64,000 bases of DNA from a bacterium (GCA_037131125.1 JBAXRR010000001.1:7345-71344); one strand, 5' to 3'. Counted from the stretch's first letter, positions 39,388-50,319 are shown. Numbers and translations are program-made. The notes: generated from the letters alone by a model not told the origin.

Positions 39388-40773
39388 TCAAATCTGAAAG
39401 TCCATTTCTGCCAATAATGATTTTCTTATTCCGGCCTCAATTCTTGCCTTTGCCTCTTTATATTCTTTTTTATTTTGATACATTGCAAGATCAGCAGTCT
39501 TCATAACCTTAGATATTGTTGTTCCGGGAGTTACTTTTGTAGCAACCCCAACAGCTATGCTTGGGTGTTTATGAATTTTTTCGGAGACATATTCTGTTAA
39601 ACATTTTTCAAGAATTTTTTGTACTACTATCATTGCTTCCATATCATTTGTATTTGGAAGTAATATGGCAAATTCATCTCCTCCAATTCTCGCCACTATG
39701 TCTGTATTTCTTAGAGTATCAGTGAAAACTGTGGCAACTGCTTTAAGAAGTTCATCTCCTGCATCGTGCCCATACGTATCATTCAATTCTTTTAACCCAT
39801 TAACGTCGCATAATATTACTGAGTAAGGTTCTTTTACTTTATCCTTCTCTACTTCCTCGTCCAGTTTTCTTATTTCTTGCTCAAAGAACGCTCGATTATT
39901 AAGTCCAGTTAATGCATCTCGTTTACTTAATTCCTCAAGTCTTTTAGTTTCTATAATAACCGCAGTATCATCTCTAATAGTTAAAAAGAAATACTCATCA
40001 TCAGCTCTCATTACACTTAAATTAAGGTATCTTATTTCTCCATCTTCTCCCGGTATTTTTAATAATGCAATATCATGATTTTCATTAGGATTTGTTGAAA
40101 ATTTTGTTTTTATCATTTCTAAACTACCGTTCACTATATCTGAAATATTCATTCCTTTTAATTCATCTGGTTCTTTTCCTAATTTAGTCCCAGCACTTCC
40201 ATTTACGTCAATAATTTGTCCATCCATATTAATTAAAACTTTTCCATTTGGTGAGTGCTCAAATAGCCCAGTAAGCATCTGTACAATTTTAAATAGTGAC
40301 TGTTTCATTGCAATTGATCTAGCTTCCTCAACTTTCTGTTCAGTGATATCTTCATTAGCAATAGAGTATATGTATTCAGTTCTATTTGTTGGTACTCTTC
40401 TTATTGAAAGCCTGAAATATCTTTTCCCATCAGAAGTATTTATCCAATAATTTGTGCTAGCCTCTGTTTTGGAATTTCCTTCATGCCGTTTTTGAACTTG
40501 ACCTACTAATCCCTTTATTATATCTATTACGGAATTTGGAATTAAGTCGTTTAAGTTTTTGTCAGTAATATTCTCGAATTTTACACTTGTAGTTTGCTCT
40601 GACTCAACACTCAAAACCTGATATTCTTTACTTATACTTAGGGAAATTGTTTTGGAAGCAGTAAGTATTTCACTAAGTCTTGATGCAGATGGAGTCGTTT
40701 CATTGGACCCTTCCCAAAGAGGCCCTATGTCAGCGATATCTATTTTTATCTCAGAAATGGGTAAGAAGGACAT
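39388..40773 (-). CDS. PAS-domain diguanylate cyclase (GGDEF) with an intact I-site
   Basis: The N-terminal part has PAS-like modules. The C-terminal GGDEF domain carries ALTGLNNRAFF and RNTDIVARIGGDEFAILL. RNTD five residues upstream of GGDEF has the same spacing as the PleD RxxD I-site. Confidence 0.85.
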   Translation of the reverse strand: MSFLPISEIKIDIADIGPLWEGSNETTPSASRLSEILTASKTISLSISKEYQVLSVESEQTTSVKFENITDKNLNDLIPNSVIDIIKGLVGQVQKRHEGNSKTEASTNYWINTSDGKRYFRLSIRRVPTNRTEYIYSIANEDITEQKVEEARSIAMKQSLFKIVQMLTGLFEHSPNGKVLINMDGQIIDVNGSAGTKLGKEPDELKGMNISDIVNGSLEMIKTKFSTNPNENHDIALLKIPGEDGEIRYLNLSVMRADDEYFFLTIRDDTAVIIETKRLEELSKRDALTGLNNRAFFEQEIRKLDEEVEKDKVKEPYSVILCDVNGLKELNDTYGHDAGDELLKAVATVFTDTLRNTDIVARIGGDEFAILLPNTNDMEAMIVVQKILEKCLTEYVSEKIHKHPSIAVGVATKVTPGTTISKVMKTADLAMYQNKKEYKEAKARIEAGIRKSLLAEMDFQI

Positions 40774-40855
40774 CTATATTATTTAACTATTTAGATAAAC
40801 TATGGGATAGTATTATATCACTTTGAAGCTATATATAACAAATCTAACAGTACAG

Positions 40856-41923
40856 TTAAAGTATGCCTTTTAGCTCTTCATCACTGAATCCTTTGAAGAA
40901 GATTTCAGGCTTAAGCTCAAGATTAAATTTACTCTTTGCTTCGCTTTTTATTTTTCTAATAACCTCTAAATAGTCTTCAGATGAAGCATTTCCAAGATTA
41001 ACTATGAAGTTATTTGAAGTTGGACACACCATTGCATCTCCTACTTTATATCCTGAAAGTTTTAATTCATGCTCAACAAGATATCCTATGCTTGGTGTTG
41101 GAAATCCAAGTCTTACTTGATCTTCTTTTGAGATGTTTCTAAATACAGATCCAAGTGAATTTCTTGGTTGAGATATTTTTCTTCTTGCCCACTCAATGGA
41201 TACATACTTTGCTTTTTCTTTATCTCCTTCTTTCATGTTAAATGTTCCTGAAACAATTATTTCTCCTGACTTTTGAAATCTAGATTTTTCATATCCCATT
41301 CCAAGTTCGGTTATAGATATAACATTTACATTACCATCTTTATCTACAACTTCTACCTCACTTAGATATTCTGAAAGAGAATGTGTACCTCCATGAATAT
41401 TGTTATATATTGCTCCTCCTATTGTTCCTGGAATTCCTGCAAACCATTGTAGTCCAGTTATCCCTTTGTCTATTAAATAGTTCATTGCATAAGCAAGACT
41501 TACTCCACTATCTATTTTAACTTTAACATTCTCTTTTGCACTTTCGTCATAATCTAAATCTTTAAATTCAATTCCTCTAAAAGTTCCTTTTGTTTTGTCT
41601 ACTTCATGTCTACTATCTACTGCTTCTGGAGTAAACTCTTCTTCAGCTCCCTCAATTTTTTCTCCACTAGATTCATATTCTTTTTCAGATAGTACTTCTA
41701 CGTTTAAAGCTTTGTTTTTGATTAGACAGTAATCTAATCCTTTGTCAGAAAACAATGTATTAGATCCCCATCCAATTACTTCAAATATTTCTTTAGATTT
41801 AATTTTCTCAATTAAAATACTTTTAAATTCTTCAGAAGATTCTGCTTCTATATATTCTTTTACGTCTCCACCAATTTTAATCCAAGAGATTTTCTTAAGA
41901 GGATAGTTTGTATATTTCTTCAT
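40856..41923 (-). CDS. murB: UDP-N-acetylenolpyruvoylglucosamine reductase with an acidic ~45-aa insertion
   Basis: FAD-binding N-terminal domain (TNYPLKKISWIKIGGDVKEY, GWGSNTLFSD) and a MurB C-terminal domain (GYKVGDAMVCPTSNNFIVNLGNASSEDY). The insertion is EYESSGEKIEGAEEEFTPEAVDSRHEV.... Confidence 0.75.
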   Translation of the reverse strand: MKKYTNYPLKKISWIKIGGDVKEYIEAESSEEFKSILIEKIKSKEIFEVIGWGSNTLFSDKGLDYCLIKNKALNVEVLSEKEYESSGEKIEGAEEEFTPEAVDSRHEVDKTKGTFRGIEFKDLDYDESAKENVKVKIDSGVSLAYAMNYLIDKGITGLQWFAGIPGTIGGAIYNNIHGGTHSLSEYLSEVEVVDKDGNVNVISITELGMGYEKSRFQKSGEIIVSGTFNMKEGDKEKAKYVSIEWARRKISQPRNSLGSVFRNISKEDQVRLGFPTPSIGYLVEHELKLSGYKVGDAMVCPTSNNFIVNLGNASSEDYLEVIRKIKSEAKSKFNLELKPEIFFKGFSDEELKGIL

Positions 41924-42005
41924 AAGTATTGAAAATAAAGTATGTTTGCTTAGATAACTATATCACTGCATAGGATAAATTAGAATAACGGGAAAAATTA
42001 CATAT

Positions 42006-45000
42006 TTAGAAATTGAATAGATTTCTAAGGCTATCCAGCAATAAGTTAGTTGCATCAGTTGAAGCTTTCGTAGTTATTGCAACAGTATTGCTAGATATTC
42101 CTGTGTTTTCAGCTTTATCTTTAGATACCGCTCTGAAATGATAGACCTTAGATGGTTCTAGATTTGAAATTACCACCATATGATTAGATGTTAGATTAAA
42201 GTCAGTAATAGATTTGGAAGGATATGTATCTGAATATCCCTCTCCAAATTCTACTGCAGAAGTTGCTGGTTCATCTGTATTCCAAGATACGATTATTTGT
42301 GCTTTTCCAGTACTGCTATTTGCTGTATTCTCTGCAACACTTTCTACAAGCATATCTGTAATTACAGGAGGTCTAGTATCTGATGCTGTAGTGAATTTAA
42401 CTATGTCAGATCTTGCTTCATTTCCAATTCTATCTTGTCCTTTTACAATTAGGTTATACAGTGTATCTGCTTTTAATCCGGATAATGTTATTTTATGTTC
42501 TCCAGATATTAATGCTAAGTTAACAGTATCTCTACTTTGGCTCGCTTTTCCATCTGGATAGTAAGTAACAATTGAACTTACTTCTGTATTAGACTGCCAA
42601 CTAATAATAATACTTGTCTCTGCAGTATTTTTTACTTGTTGTAACTTAACAGAGGAAACTCTTGGTCTTGGAAGTGTTTTGAAATCCAAAACAGTACCTT
42701 CATATTCTGTATTCTCAATGTCAAAAGGATTTACTCTGTAGTAATACTTAGTTCCGTCATCTAGACCGTCTAAGATTACCATGTACTTTGATTCATTATT
42801 ACTTGTTGGTAATTCTTGAAGTCCTCCAAATTGTGTAGATTTTCCATAATATATCTTTACCTTGTTTGCTCCAATTGAAGTGAATTGAATTCGAGCTGAG
42901 TTAGTTCCTACATTTACAACAGTTACATCTTTAACACTAGGAGCAGGTAATGTTTCAAAACTTTGTTCTGTAGATTCACCTAGGTTACCATCTTCATCAG
43001 TCCATCTTGCTTTGTAATAGTAAGTAGTTGAAGGAAGAAGATTTGTTAAATTAGTTACATGTTCAGTTACTTGTTTAGAATTTCCTGTATCGTCTGGGAA
43101 GTATTCACCTTGAGTAAGTCCATATACAATTCTGCTATCTGAATTTCTAGCTGTAACCCAAGAAATTGTTGCTCTTCTTGTCGTAATATTTGAAGTAACT
43201 GGACTAGATACTAATTCTGCAGGTACAGTATATGCTCCTTTTGGTGTAATACTTACAGATAATGAATAACTTGGACTTGCTTTGGATTCATCTGTGTTAT
43301 CCATACTTCCTACTCTGTAATAGTACTTCTTAGAAAGAGGTACTACGTCTACAAATGCAGTTCCATTCGTTTCAATTACTTTAGTCCAAGATGTTCCATT
43401 TTCAGATCTGTCTACTTCATAACTTAAAGCTCCAGTTCCTTTATATATAGGTTCATTCCATGCAAGAGATACACTCCAAAGACTTACACTCTTAATAGAT
43501 GTATCTGCAACTCTTAAATTTATTGCAGGATCTGGTAATGTAGAATTTAATGTAAATGTTTTAGATAGACCATTACTTCCTGAGTAGTTATTAAGATCGT
43601 CTATTGCCACTACATACACCCTATTTTGCCCTTTTACTGCACCAACAAGTTTACCTTCAGGTATTGAAGTACTTGTTGTAGGGATATATATTGTTGAATT
43701 ACTTAATATTGTACTTAAGAGATTTGGTGGAGTGGTGTTTATCATGTAGTAGTAAGATTTTAAGGATCTTCCAACAGATGGGACTGCTACTGGCCAAGAT
43801 AATGAGAAGCTATTAGTTGAGGATACAGATGGTGTAACAGTAATAGAAGATCCATCTGCAAACTTAGGAGCTTCTCCACCATATGAAATACTTGCTGTTC
43901 TACTTATTGTAGATAAATTACCCGCATTATCTAAAGCTCTGAAATATATTGTGTTATTTCCCATTTGAATCCTTGATGAGTCATTAGCAACACTTAAGTA
44001 GTAAGGTTGAGAATCACCAACAGGAATATATTTAACTCCAAGAGAAGCACTTGTATTACTTCCTGTCCAATTAGATTCACTATTAATAGAGTATTCGTAT
44101 CCAAGTAGTTGTGAGTTATTGTCAGAAGCTCCACTATTTCCACTTGTTGGCCAGTTGAAGTAGATATCGTCTACGTTTGAGAATGAATTTTGTGGTGTAG
44201 AGAAAGATGCAACATTTGTTGGTGGAAGATCATCATATTTGAATTCAAATGTTTCGGATGTTGGAAATGTGTTTCCTGCATTATCTAGTGCTTTAATGTT
44301 TAGATAGTATGGATTATTAGATGTTGTTAACCAAGTATTACCTCTTAGGGATAAATCACTAAAATCTATTTCATTAGTTCCTACAATAAACTGACAAGGC
44401 ATACCTATTGTACTTACTGGAGATGTACCCAATATTCCTTTAACAGATGTAGGATCGTCTGCTTGTGTCCCACTTAAAGATAAACAATATCCTTTTATTC
44501 CACTTCCTCCAACATTATCTACACCAAGGTCCCATCTAAAATATGGAGACTGATCATTTGTCCATCCAGTTTCTGAAACACTTCTTCCTTGTGCTGTGGT
44601 TTTCATACTTGTGTTAGCAGCATTAGTTGTTGGAGGAGTGTTATCTTCCACATAGTGAACTGACATCGTACTAATGCTTGGTGACGTAATTTGAGAAGCT
44701 GAATTTAATGTAGCTTTTATTTGAATATATTTTTGAGCTAATGCATTAATATTATAGTTAGGTGAAGTTCCAGAATTTGCAGTGTAGTTTGTCCATGTAT
44801 TTGCATCTGGACTTGTTCTAACATCATAACTTACTGTGTTTCCATTTAGAGATTCAGTTGTTACAAAGTTAGGAGATGTTCCCCACATTGCATTTGAATT
44901 AAGATTAATTACAGGAGATTCCCAGGTGCCTGTTGTTGTATATTTTCTTTGATCTGTTGTACTTTGTGAATAATTTGTAAGACTTTGATTATATAGGTCG

Positions 45001-48000
45001 GAAATCTGTGTTGATGTGAGTGCTTGATTAAATACTCTTAAGTCTGAAAGCATGCGAGTTGTATTACTTGAAATACCTCGAGAGAGAATAATACTTGAAA
45101 CAGTTGGAACAACTGAGTATGAGTTTGAAACTTTAAAAACTCCATCAAGATAAAATGATAATAGAGTTCCATTCCATGTTCCTACCCAGTTATGCCACTT
45201 ACCCTGTCCATATGTTGGCAAGCTTGTAAATGCTCCTGAACCACCAGTTCCTCTAATCTCAATTCCAGCTGAACCACAATCTTGCCCGAAATGAATATAG
45301 TTAGCACCGGAAGTATCTAATATTCCAGCATGAGCACCAGTACAACCAACATAGTAACTTGGGAACCAAATCCAAGCACTAATACTTCCAGAGCTTGCTG
45401 AAATATTTCCAGCTGACGGATAAACTATGTCACCTGCAGTTCTTATGCTTGTTGAGTTATTTTCTGTTCCACTCCATGTGTATCCAGGTCCTAAAGATCC
45501 ATCTACGTAACTTGTTGCGTATGCTTTTGCTTCAAGTTGAACACCATCAACATATATTATTTTATTTGATTTTATCTGAACTCCATAAAGAGCTGCCTGA
45601 TTAACTCCTGTTAAAGATCCAGTTAGCCTCCACCATCCTCCACCCATATCTGTATATGTTGTAGCAATTGTTGAAGTGTTGAAATATAGCTCTGCAATTG
45701 TATTACTTACAATTCCTCCAACATTTCCCGCTGTTCCATCGTAGACATAGCCACTTAATGTATTAGTTCCTGTATTTCCTACGTTAATATTAGTAGTTAC
45801 TTCATCTGTATATGAGCCACCATAATTTAATGCCATACTATTACTTCCAAATTTATAGTATGGCGCTACTGAATTTTGAGTCATAGATGCAGAATAGAAA
45901 CTAATGTATGTCCCATCTATTTGTCTTATTCCTCCCATGTAACTTCCCAAATATGCTGTCGTAAGTGCTGAGCTAAATGATGCTGGAATCGAAGTTGCAG
46001 TTATTCTATCTACTCCATTGACGGATACAATCATATTACCTCCACCTGAATATCGAACACCTATAACATATGTAGCACCTGCTGCAAAATCACCTACTGC
46101 ATTTGCATCATAAGTTGCCGTATTTGATACTCCATTCATTACATATTTCAAAGTTAATACATTTGCAACTGAGAAGTATAAATGTATTTCATTATTTGCA
46201 GTTCCATCTGAGATATATAGGATTCTAGGAGGTACACCATCTGCAAATTTAATTGCATTTGCAGCACTATGTCTTGGTGTAAATTTAAATTTAATACTTC
46301 CACTTGTAGTAGACATGCTGGAGACTGCTTGTGTTAAGGTATCTCCCCCATCTACTCTTAAACCAGTTGATTCTCCACTATTTGCTTGAGATGCTGGAGT
46401 AACTGTGAGTGAAATATTGTCCAACGTAAAATAGTACATATCGTCTGCATAACCATCTGTTGCGGTTAATCTGTGATCGTTAAATCCAGATGATGCATAT
46501 CTGTAAACACCTTTTAATAGACTCCAACTTCCTGTTCCACTAGTTGTTAAAGTTGTACTATTTGAGCCAGAGTTCAATATATATTTGCTACTCCAATATT
46601 TGTTAATTACTCCTGAGTTTGCATAAGCATACATTCCAAAGTCATAGAAATTTCCTGAAGTTGAAGCAGGTCTGGTGGGCATTATACAGTTACTTGAACT
46701 AGCACCAGATATTGCTAACTTAAGTGAATACTGTCCAGAATGAACAATGGAACTTGATAAAGATGTTGAGCCTGCAGGTAAAGTATTTATCCATCCATCC
46801 CATCCTGTTGGTAAAAGAGGATCTCCTGTTCCAGATTCCATGGATGGAGAAGACATGAGGTTAGGAAGTACTTCCACCTGATGCCAATAACATGTACCTG
46901 TTGCTACTGTATTAATTAATTGTACTTGTTCAGATTCAGCTGCAGGAGATGTCCATGTAAATATATATATATCTGGTGATGCTCTTGTACTAGTTTTTGT
47001 TCCTGTTAAGTGAGATATTTCAGTTGTTCCATCTGCTCTTGTTACTTTAACTTGAGGAGTACATGTTCCATCGCTATTTCCCAATGCCCTTAATACATAA
47101 TTTCCACCATTAGTTGCAGTAAATGTATTGTAAATTCCTTGCCCGATTCCTGTAGTTGTATATTTATATCCTCCTGGGTAGATCTTTTCAGATGTTGCTA
47201 ATGATGTAACATTGAATGATGAGGAAAGATTACCCATCGCTGCTGATACCGCAGCGATTTGTGGGGCAGACAATGTTGAGTTATATATTGCAATGGATTG
47301 TATCTTTATATTTGAATATTGTGCTGGACTTCCAGAGATATTTAATGCTGCAATGTAAAGTTCAGTATATCCTGAACCAGTTCCTGCAACAATGGTAGTA
47401 GGCTCAGCAATACCATTTCTGTAAGGAGTTTTTCCAGCAACTGCATATGTTCCTGCAGTAAGTACTGGAGTATTGACACCTGAAAATGAAGTTGTACCAT
47501 GGTAGCTATTCATTCCAGTATTATATGATTGCATTAATAATGAACCTGTTCCCCAAGTTCCAATAATTGTAGTTGATGCTGTTCCTGCGTATCCTGTGTA
47601 TGAAACAATAACTGTTGACGAATCAGTTGGAATAATTCCAGTTTTTAAATAATTAGATGTTCCATTAAATGTCCACCCATTAACGCTATCCCATGTCGGA
47701 GCCACTCCAACACTTGCATTATTTGTTCCAGGATTCGCTAGATTTATGTACGAATTAGCTAGGGAAGATGCGTTATATGGTTGATATGCTGCAACAACAT
47801 TTCCAGCTGATACTCCTCCAGCTAAATACCATGGTGTTTGTGATATAGCAGTAAATCCATCATTTGATGCAGTTCCATTCATCATATATCCACCAGTATT
47901 AGTTGTACTTGTATACAAAAGATTAGAACTATGAGGATGGCTCCATGCATTACCTGTACCACTAGCTAATGTTCCAGTAGAGGAATTAGTTGGAAGTGCA

Positions 48001-50243
48001 AATACAATATCCCATGATCCAGTTATTTGTGAAGGATCTTTGCCAGCACCTGCAGCATATATTTGACTTAACTCATCTCCATTTCCAATATTAATTCCAG
48101 ATGGAGTTGTTGCTTCATAAAGTACTCTTCGATAGATTGTTAAACCTTGAATGATTGCATCTGCTGGGAAAGTATTGTCATTCCTACTTCCTATTGTAAG
48201 TGTGGTTGGAGCGACTTCAGATCCATTCCCAATCATAAAGGTAGTAACATTATCAATTGTTAAACTTGCAGGATTTGATCCATTCAGGTTATTTTTGTTA
48301 TCCCATCTTGCAATAACTAGATGAGTGGATCCAGCTGTCCAAGCACTAACGTCAACATATTGAGAACCTCCTGCATTTTTACTATAGAAATATAGCCTGT
48401 TATCGCTGTATTTTCTGATTCCGGTTGTAGTATTACTCAATATGAAGTGATCAACATTATCATTTCCATTCCATTCTGGAGTTATCCAAAATACAATTGA
48501 CCCTTGTGTTGAATCAAAATTTTGATAGAAATTGCCAGATATTTGCGATCCCTGTGAAGCAGTCAGGGAATCTGGAATTCCTGTTCCATCCATGTTTCCC
48601 TGTACTATTGGAGCAGCAACAAATGGACCTGCTGGTGGAGTTCTTTTAGACATATTGGGGGTATAGGTTGAAGAACCTGCTGAATATGTCATGTAATTAG
48701 TTCCCCAGTTAGTTGCATATGATGCATTTTCAAAAGATGGATTAGTAATAAGGTTTGTTGTTCCCTCTTCTATCATGACTCCACTATGCGATGCATAAGA
48801 TTGATTATTTAATTTTCCTGAATCTGCTGAACTTGCATCTATACCAATAATTCCACCAACATATTTAGCACCAGATATTGTTCCGTTATTTCCATTCCCT
48901 GATGAGTCTATTGCTTTGCCTGTATTTCTAGGATCATCTCCATTTTCGTCAAAATGATAAAGTAATTTTGTATTTGAATCTGGTATTACAACTTTTCCAT
49001 TTCCTGAATTATATAGAGCTAATAATTCTTGAGAACTTAATATTCTGTTATACATTGAAAATTCATCTATCTGTCCATTAAAGAAATTAGCTGTTCCTCC
49101 AATTGTCATGTCATATGGGGAATCATCTTGAATAGTTCCACTTCCAGGATTATTTGATGTAAGTGTTTCTTCTACTCCATTTACAAAAAGATGAGTTACT
49201 CTGTCTGTAGAATCGTTATATGTATATGTAACCATATACCATGTGTTTGGATTCATTGCTGTTGTGCCAATAGAATTTCCCCCTCCATTAATATTTGCCC
49301 TTATCCTGTTAACTGAACCGTTATTATAGATGGTAAAGGAATCATTTCTTTTTACGTAAATTGTAAAACTTGCACCATTTGCGATTGGATTAAATTTAAC
49401 CCATGTATTAACTGTAATTAGATTATGAATATTATTAATTGAAGATTGTTTTCCCACGTTAATGTTGTCGTTAATTCCATCGAATGAAATCGCACTCTTA
49501 GTTGAATACCTTATTGCTCCACTTTCTGTAGATGGTGTTTGACCTGTCTCACATGTTGAAGATCCATTAAATGAACATACCATAGATGCTACTGGTCCAG
49601 ATTGAATTGAATATCCATTAGACCCTTGAGAAGATGCCCCACTATTTCCGTAATAAAGGAAATAGTTTGTTGAATCTGTTGAACTAGATGCTAAGTTTGC
49701 TTGAAGTGGAAATGTTAGTTGAGTAATTTTCGAATCATTACATCCAGTAGAACCATTTTCTTTCTTTATTGTAAGTGCTAGTTCAGTAGTATTTTGGTAA
49801 ACAATTCTAATGTCATTACAATTAGCAAGAACACTTTCAAGAGCTGTTGTATCTATTGAAATAGAAATTGGACTATTAGCGTTTATAGTTGAAGCTGAAG
49901 TATTCTTTATTGTTAATGGTCTTTTGTAATTCCAATTTAAGTTATACCAATTTGAATCTTTTCCAAGAGATATACTTGTTGTTGTGGCAATTACTCCATT
50001 TGCACTTCCTGCTGTGAAATCTGAAGATCCACCTTGTTGAATGTTAAAGTTTGTTTCATTTGCTGCAAGAATTTTCGGAAGTATTCCTATTCCCCCAACA
50101 GTTAATCCAAGTCCAATACAAACAATAGCAAATATATTTAATTGCCATTTAATAATTGTGATTTTTTTTGTGAAGAAATAGAAAGTAAAGGCGTCAAAAC
50201 ACTTCTTGAATACGATTCGTATTTTTTCAAGCAGAGTAAGCAT
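42006..50243 (-). CDS. giant surface protein (2745 aa): N-terminal signal-anchor, LamG and CBM4_9-like lectin domains, C-terminal FN3-like repeat cassette (paralog A)
   Basis: The N-terminal TM is IFAIVCIGLGLTVGGIGILP. The Laminin_G_3 signature is LLYHFDENGDDPRNTGKAIDSSGNGNNGTISGAKYV, with FNGQIDEFSMYNRILSSQELLALYNSGNG just upstream. CBM4_9-like modules start at NPSFENASYATNW. The C-terminal ~600 aa hold repeated ~90-aa FN3/PAP-N-like modules (ISWVTARNSDSRIVYGL...TTYYYKARWTDEDGN). No in-frame stops. Confidence 0.7.
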   Translation of the reverse strand: MLTLLEKIRIVFKKCFDAFTFYFFTKKITIIKWQLNIFAIVCIGLGLTVGGIGILPKILAANETNFNIQQGGSSDFTAGSANGVIATTTSISLGKDSNWYNLNWNYKRPLTIKNTSASTINANSPISISIDTTALESVLANCNDIRIVYQNTTELALTIKKENGSTGCNDSKITQLTFPLQANLASSSTDSTNYFLYYGNSGASSQGSNGYSIQSGPVASMVCSFNGSSTCETGQTPSTESGAIRYSTKSAISFDGINDNINVGKQSSINNIHNLITVNTWVKFNPIANGASFTIYVKRNDSFTIYNNGSVNRIRANINGGGNSIGTTAMNPNTWYMVTYTYNDSTDRVTHLFVNGVEETLTSNNPGSGTIQDDSPYDMTIGGTANFFNGQIDEFSMYNRILSSQELLALYNSGNGKVVIPDSNTKLLYHFDENGDDPRNTGKAIDSSGNGNNGTISGAKYVGGIIGIDASSADSGKLNNQSYASHSGVMIEEGTTNLITNPSFENASYATNWGTNYMTYSAGSSTYTPNMSKRTPPAGPFVAAPIVQGNMDGTGIPDSLTASQGSQISGNFYQNFDSTQGSIVFWITPEWNGNDNVDHFILSNTTTGIRKYSDNRLYFYSKNAGGSQYVDVSAWTAGSTHLVIARWDNKNNLNGSNPASLTIDNVTTFMIGNGSEVAPTTLTIGSRNDNTFPADAIIQGLTIYRRVLYEATTPSGINIGNGDELSQIYAAGAGKDPSQITGSWDIVFALPTNSSTGTLASGTGNAWSHPHSSNLLYTSTTNTGGYMMNGTASNDGFTAISQTPWYLAGGVSAGNVVAAYQPYNASSLANSYINLANPGTNNASVGVAPTWDSVNGWTFNGTSNYLKTGIIPTDSSTVIVSYTGYAGTASTTIIGTWGTGSLLMQSYNTGMNSYHGTTSFSGVNTPVLTAGTYAVAGKTPYRNGIAEPTTIVAGTGSGYTELYIAALNISGSPAQYSNIKIQSIAIYNSTLSAPQIAAVSAAMGNLSSSFNVTSLATSEKIYPGGYKYTTTGIGQGIYNTFTATNGGNYVLRALGNSDGTCTPQVKVTRADGTTEISHLTGTKTSTRASPDIYIFTWTSPAAESEQVQLINTVATGTCYWHQVEVLPNLMSSPSMESGTGDPLLPTGWDGWINTLPAGSTSLSSSIVHSGQYSLKLAISGASSSNCIMPTRPASTSGNFYDFGMYAYANSGVINKYWSSKYILNSGSNSTTLTTSGTGSWSLLKGVYRYASSGFNDHRLTATDGYADDMYYFTLDNISLTVTPASQANSGESTGLRVDGGDTLTQAVSSMSTTSGSIKFKFTPRHSAANAIKFADGVPPRILYISDGTANNEIHLYFSVANVLTLKYVMNGVSNTATYDANAVGDFAAGATYVIGVRYSGGGNMIVSVNGVDRITATSIPASFSSALTTAYLGSYMGGIRQIDGTYISFYSASMTQNSVAPYYKFGSNSMALNYGGSYTDEVTTNINVGNTGTNTLSGYVYDGTAGNVGGIVSNTIAELYFNTSTIATTYTDMGGGWWRLTGSLTGVNQAALYGVQIKSNKIIYVDGVQLEAKAYATSYVDGSLGPGYTWSGTENNSTSIRTAGDIVYPSAGNISASSGSISAWIWFPSYYVGCTGAHAGILDTSGANYIHFGQDCGSAGIEIRGTGGSGAFTSLPTYGQGKWHNWVGTWNGTLLSFYLDGVFKVSNSYSVVPTVSSIILSRGISSNTTRMLSDLRVFNQALTSTQISDLYNQSLTNYSQSTTDQRKYTTTGTWESPVINLNSNAMWGTSPNFVTTESLNGNTVSYDVRTSPDANTWTNYTANSGTSPNYNINALAQKYIQIKATLNSASQITSPSISTMSVHYVEDNTPPTTNAANTSMKTTAQGRSVSETGWTNDQSPYFRWDLGVDNVGGSGIKGYCLSLSGTQADDPTSVKGILGTSPVSTIGMPCQFIVGTNEIDFSDLSLRGNTWLTTSNNPYYLNIKALDNAGNTFPTSETFEFKYDDLPPTNVASFSTPQNSFSNVDDIYFNWPTSGNSGASDNNSQLLGYEYSINSESNWTGSNTSASLGVKYIPVGDSQPYYLSVANDSSRIQMGNNTIYFRALDNAGNLSTISRTASISYGGEAPKFADGSSITVTPSVSSTNSFSLSWPVAVPSVGRSLKSYYYMINTTPPNLLSTILSNSTIYIPTTSTSIPEGKLVGAVKGQNRVYVVAIDDLNNYSGSNGLSKTFTLNSTLPDPAINLRVADTSIKSVSLWSVSLAWNEPIYKGTGALSYEVDRSENGTSWTKVIETNGTAFVDVVPLSKKYYYRVGSMDNTDESKASPSYSLSVSITPKGAYTVPAELVSSPVTSNITTRRATISWVTARNSDSRIVYGLTQGEYFPDDTGNSKQVTEHVTNLTNLLPSTTYYYKARWTDEDGNLGESTEQSFETLPAPSVKDVTVVNVGTNSARIQFTSIGANKVKIYYGKSTQFGGLQELPTSNNESKYMVILDGLDDGTKYYYRVNPFDIENTEYEGTVLDFKTLPRPRVSSVKLQQVKNTAETSIIISWQSNTEVSSIVTYYPDGKASQSRDTVNLALISGEHKITLSGLKADTLYNLIVKGQDRIGNEARSDIVKFTTASDTRPPVITDMLVESVAENTANSSTGKAQIIVSWNTDEPATSAVEFGEGYSDTYPSKSITDFNLTSNHMVVISNLEPSKVYHFRAVSKDKAENTGISSNTVAITTKASTDATNLLLDSLRNLFNF

Positions 50244-50290
50244 TTACATTGTATATTTAATATATTCCATATAGGAATATTTATGTTAAT

Positions 50291-50319
50291 AATATATATA
50301 AATATGAGGGTGATTACAA
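50291..50319 (-). promoter_or_regulatory. sigma70-like promoter of giant paralog A (TTGTAA-N17-TATATT)
   Basis: Minus strand reads TTGTAA tcaccctcatatttata TATATT, about 45 nt upstream of the ATG at 50243. The same architecture and spacer core TCACC(C/T)C recur upstream of paralog B. Confidence 0.45.
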
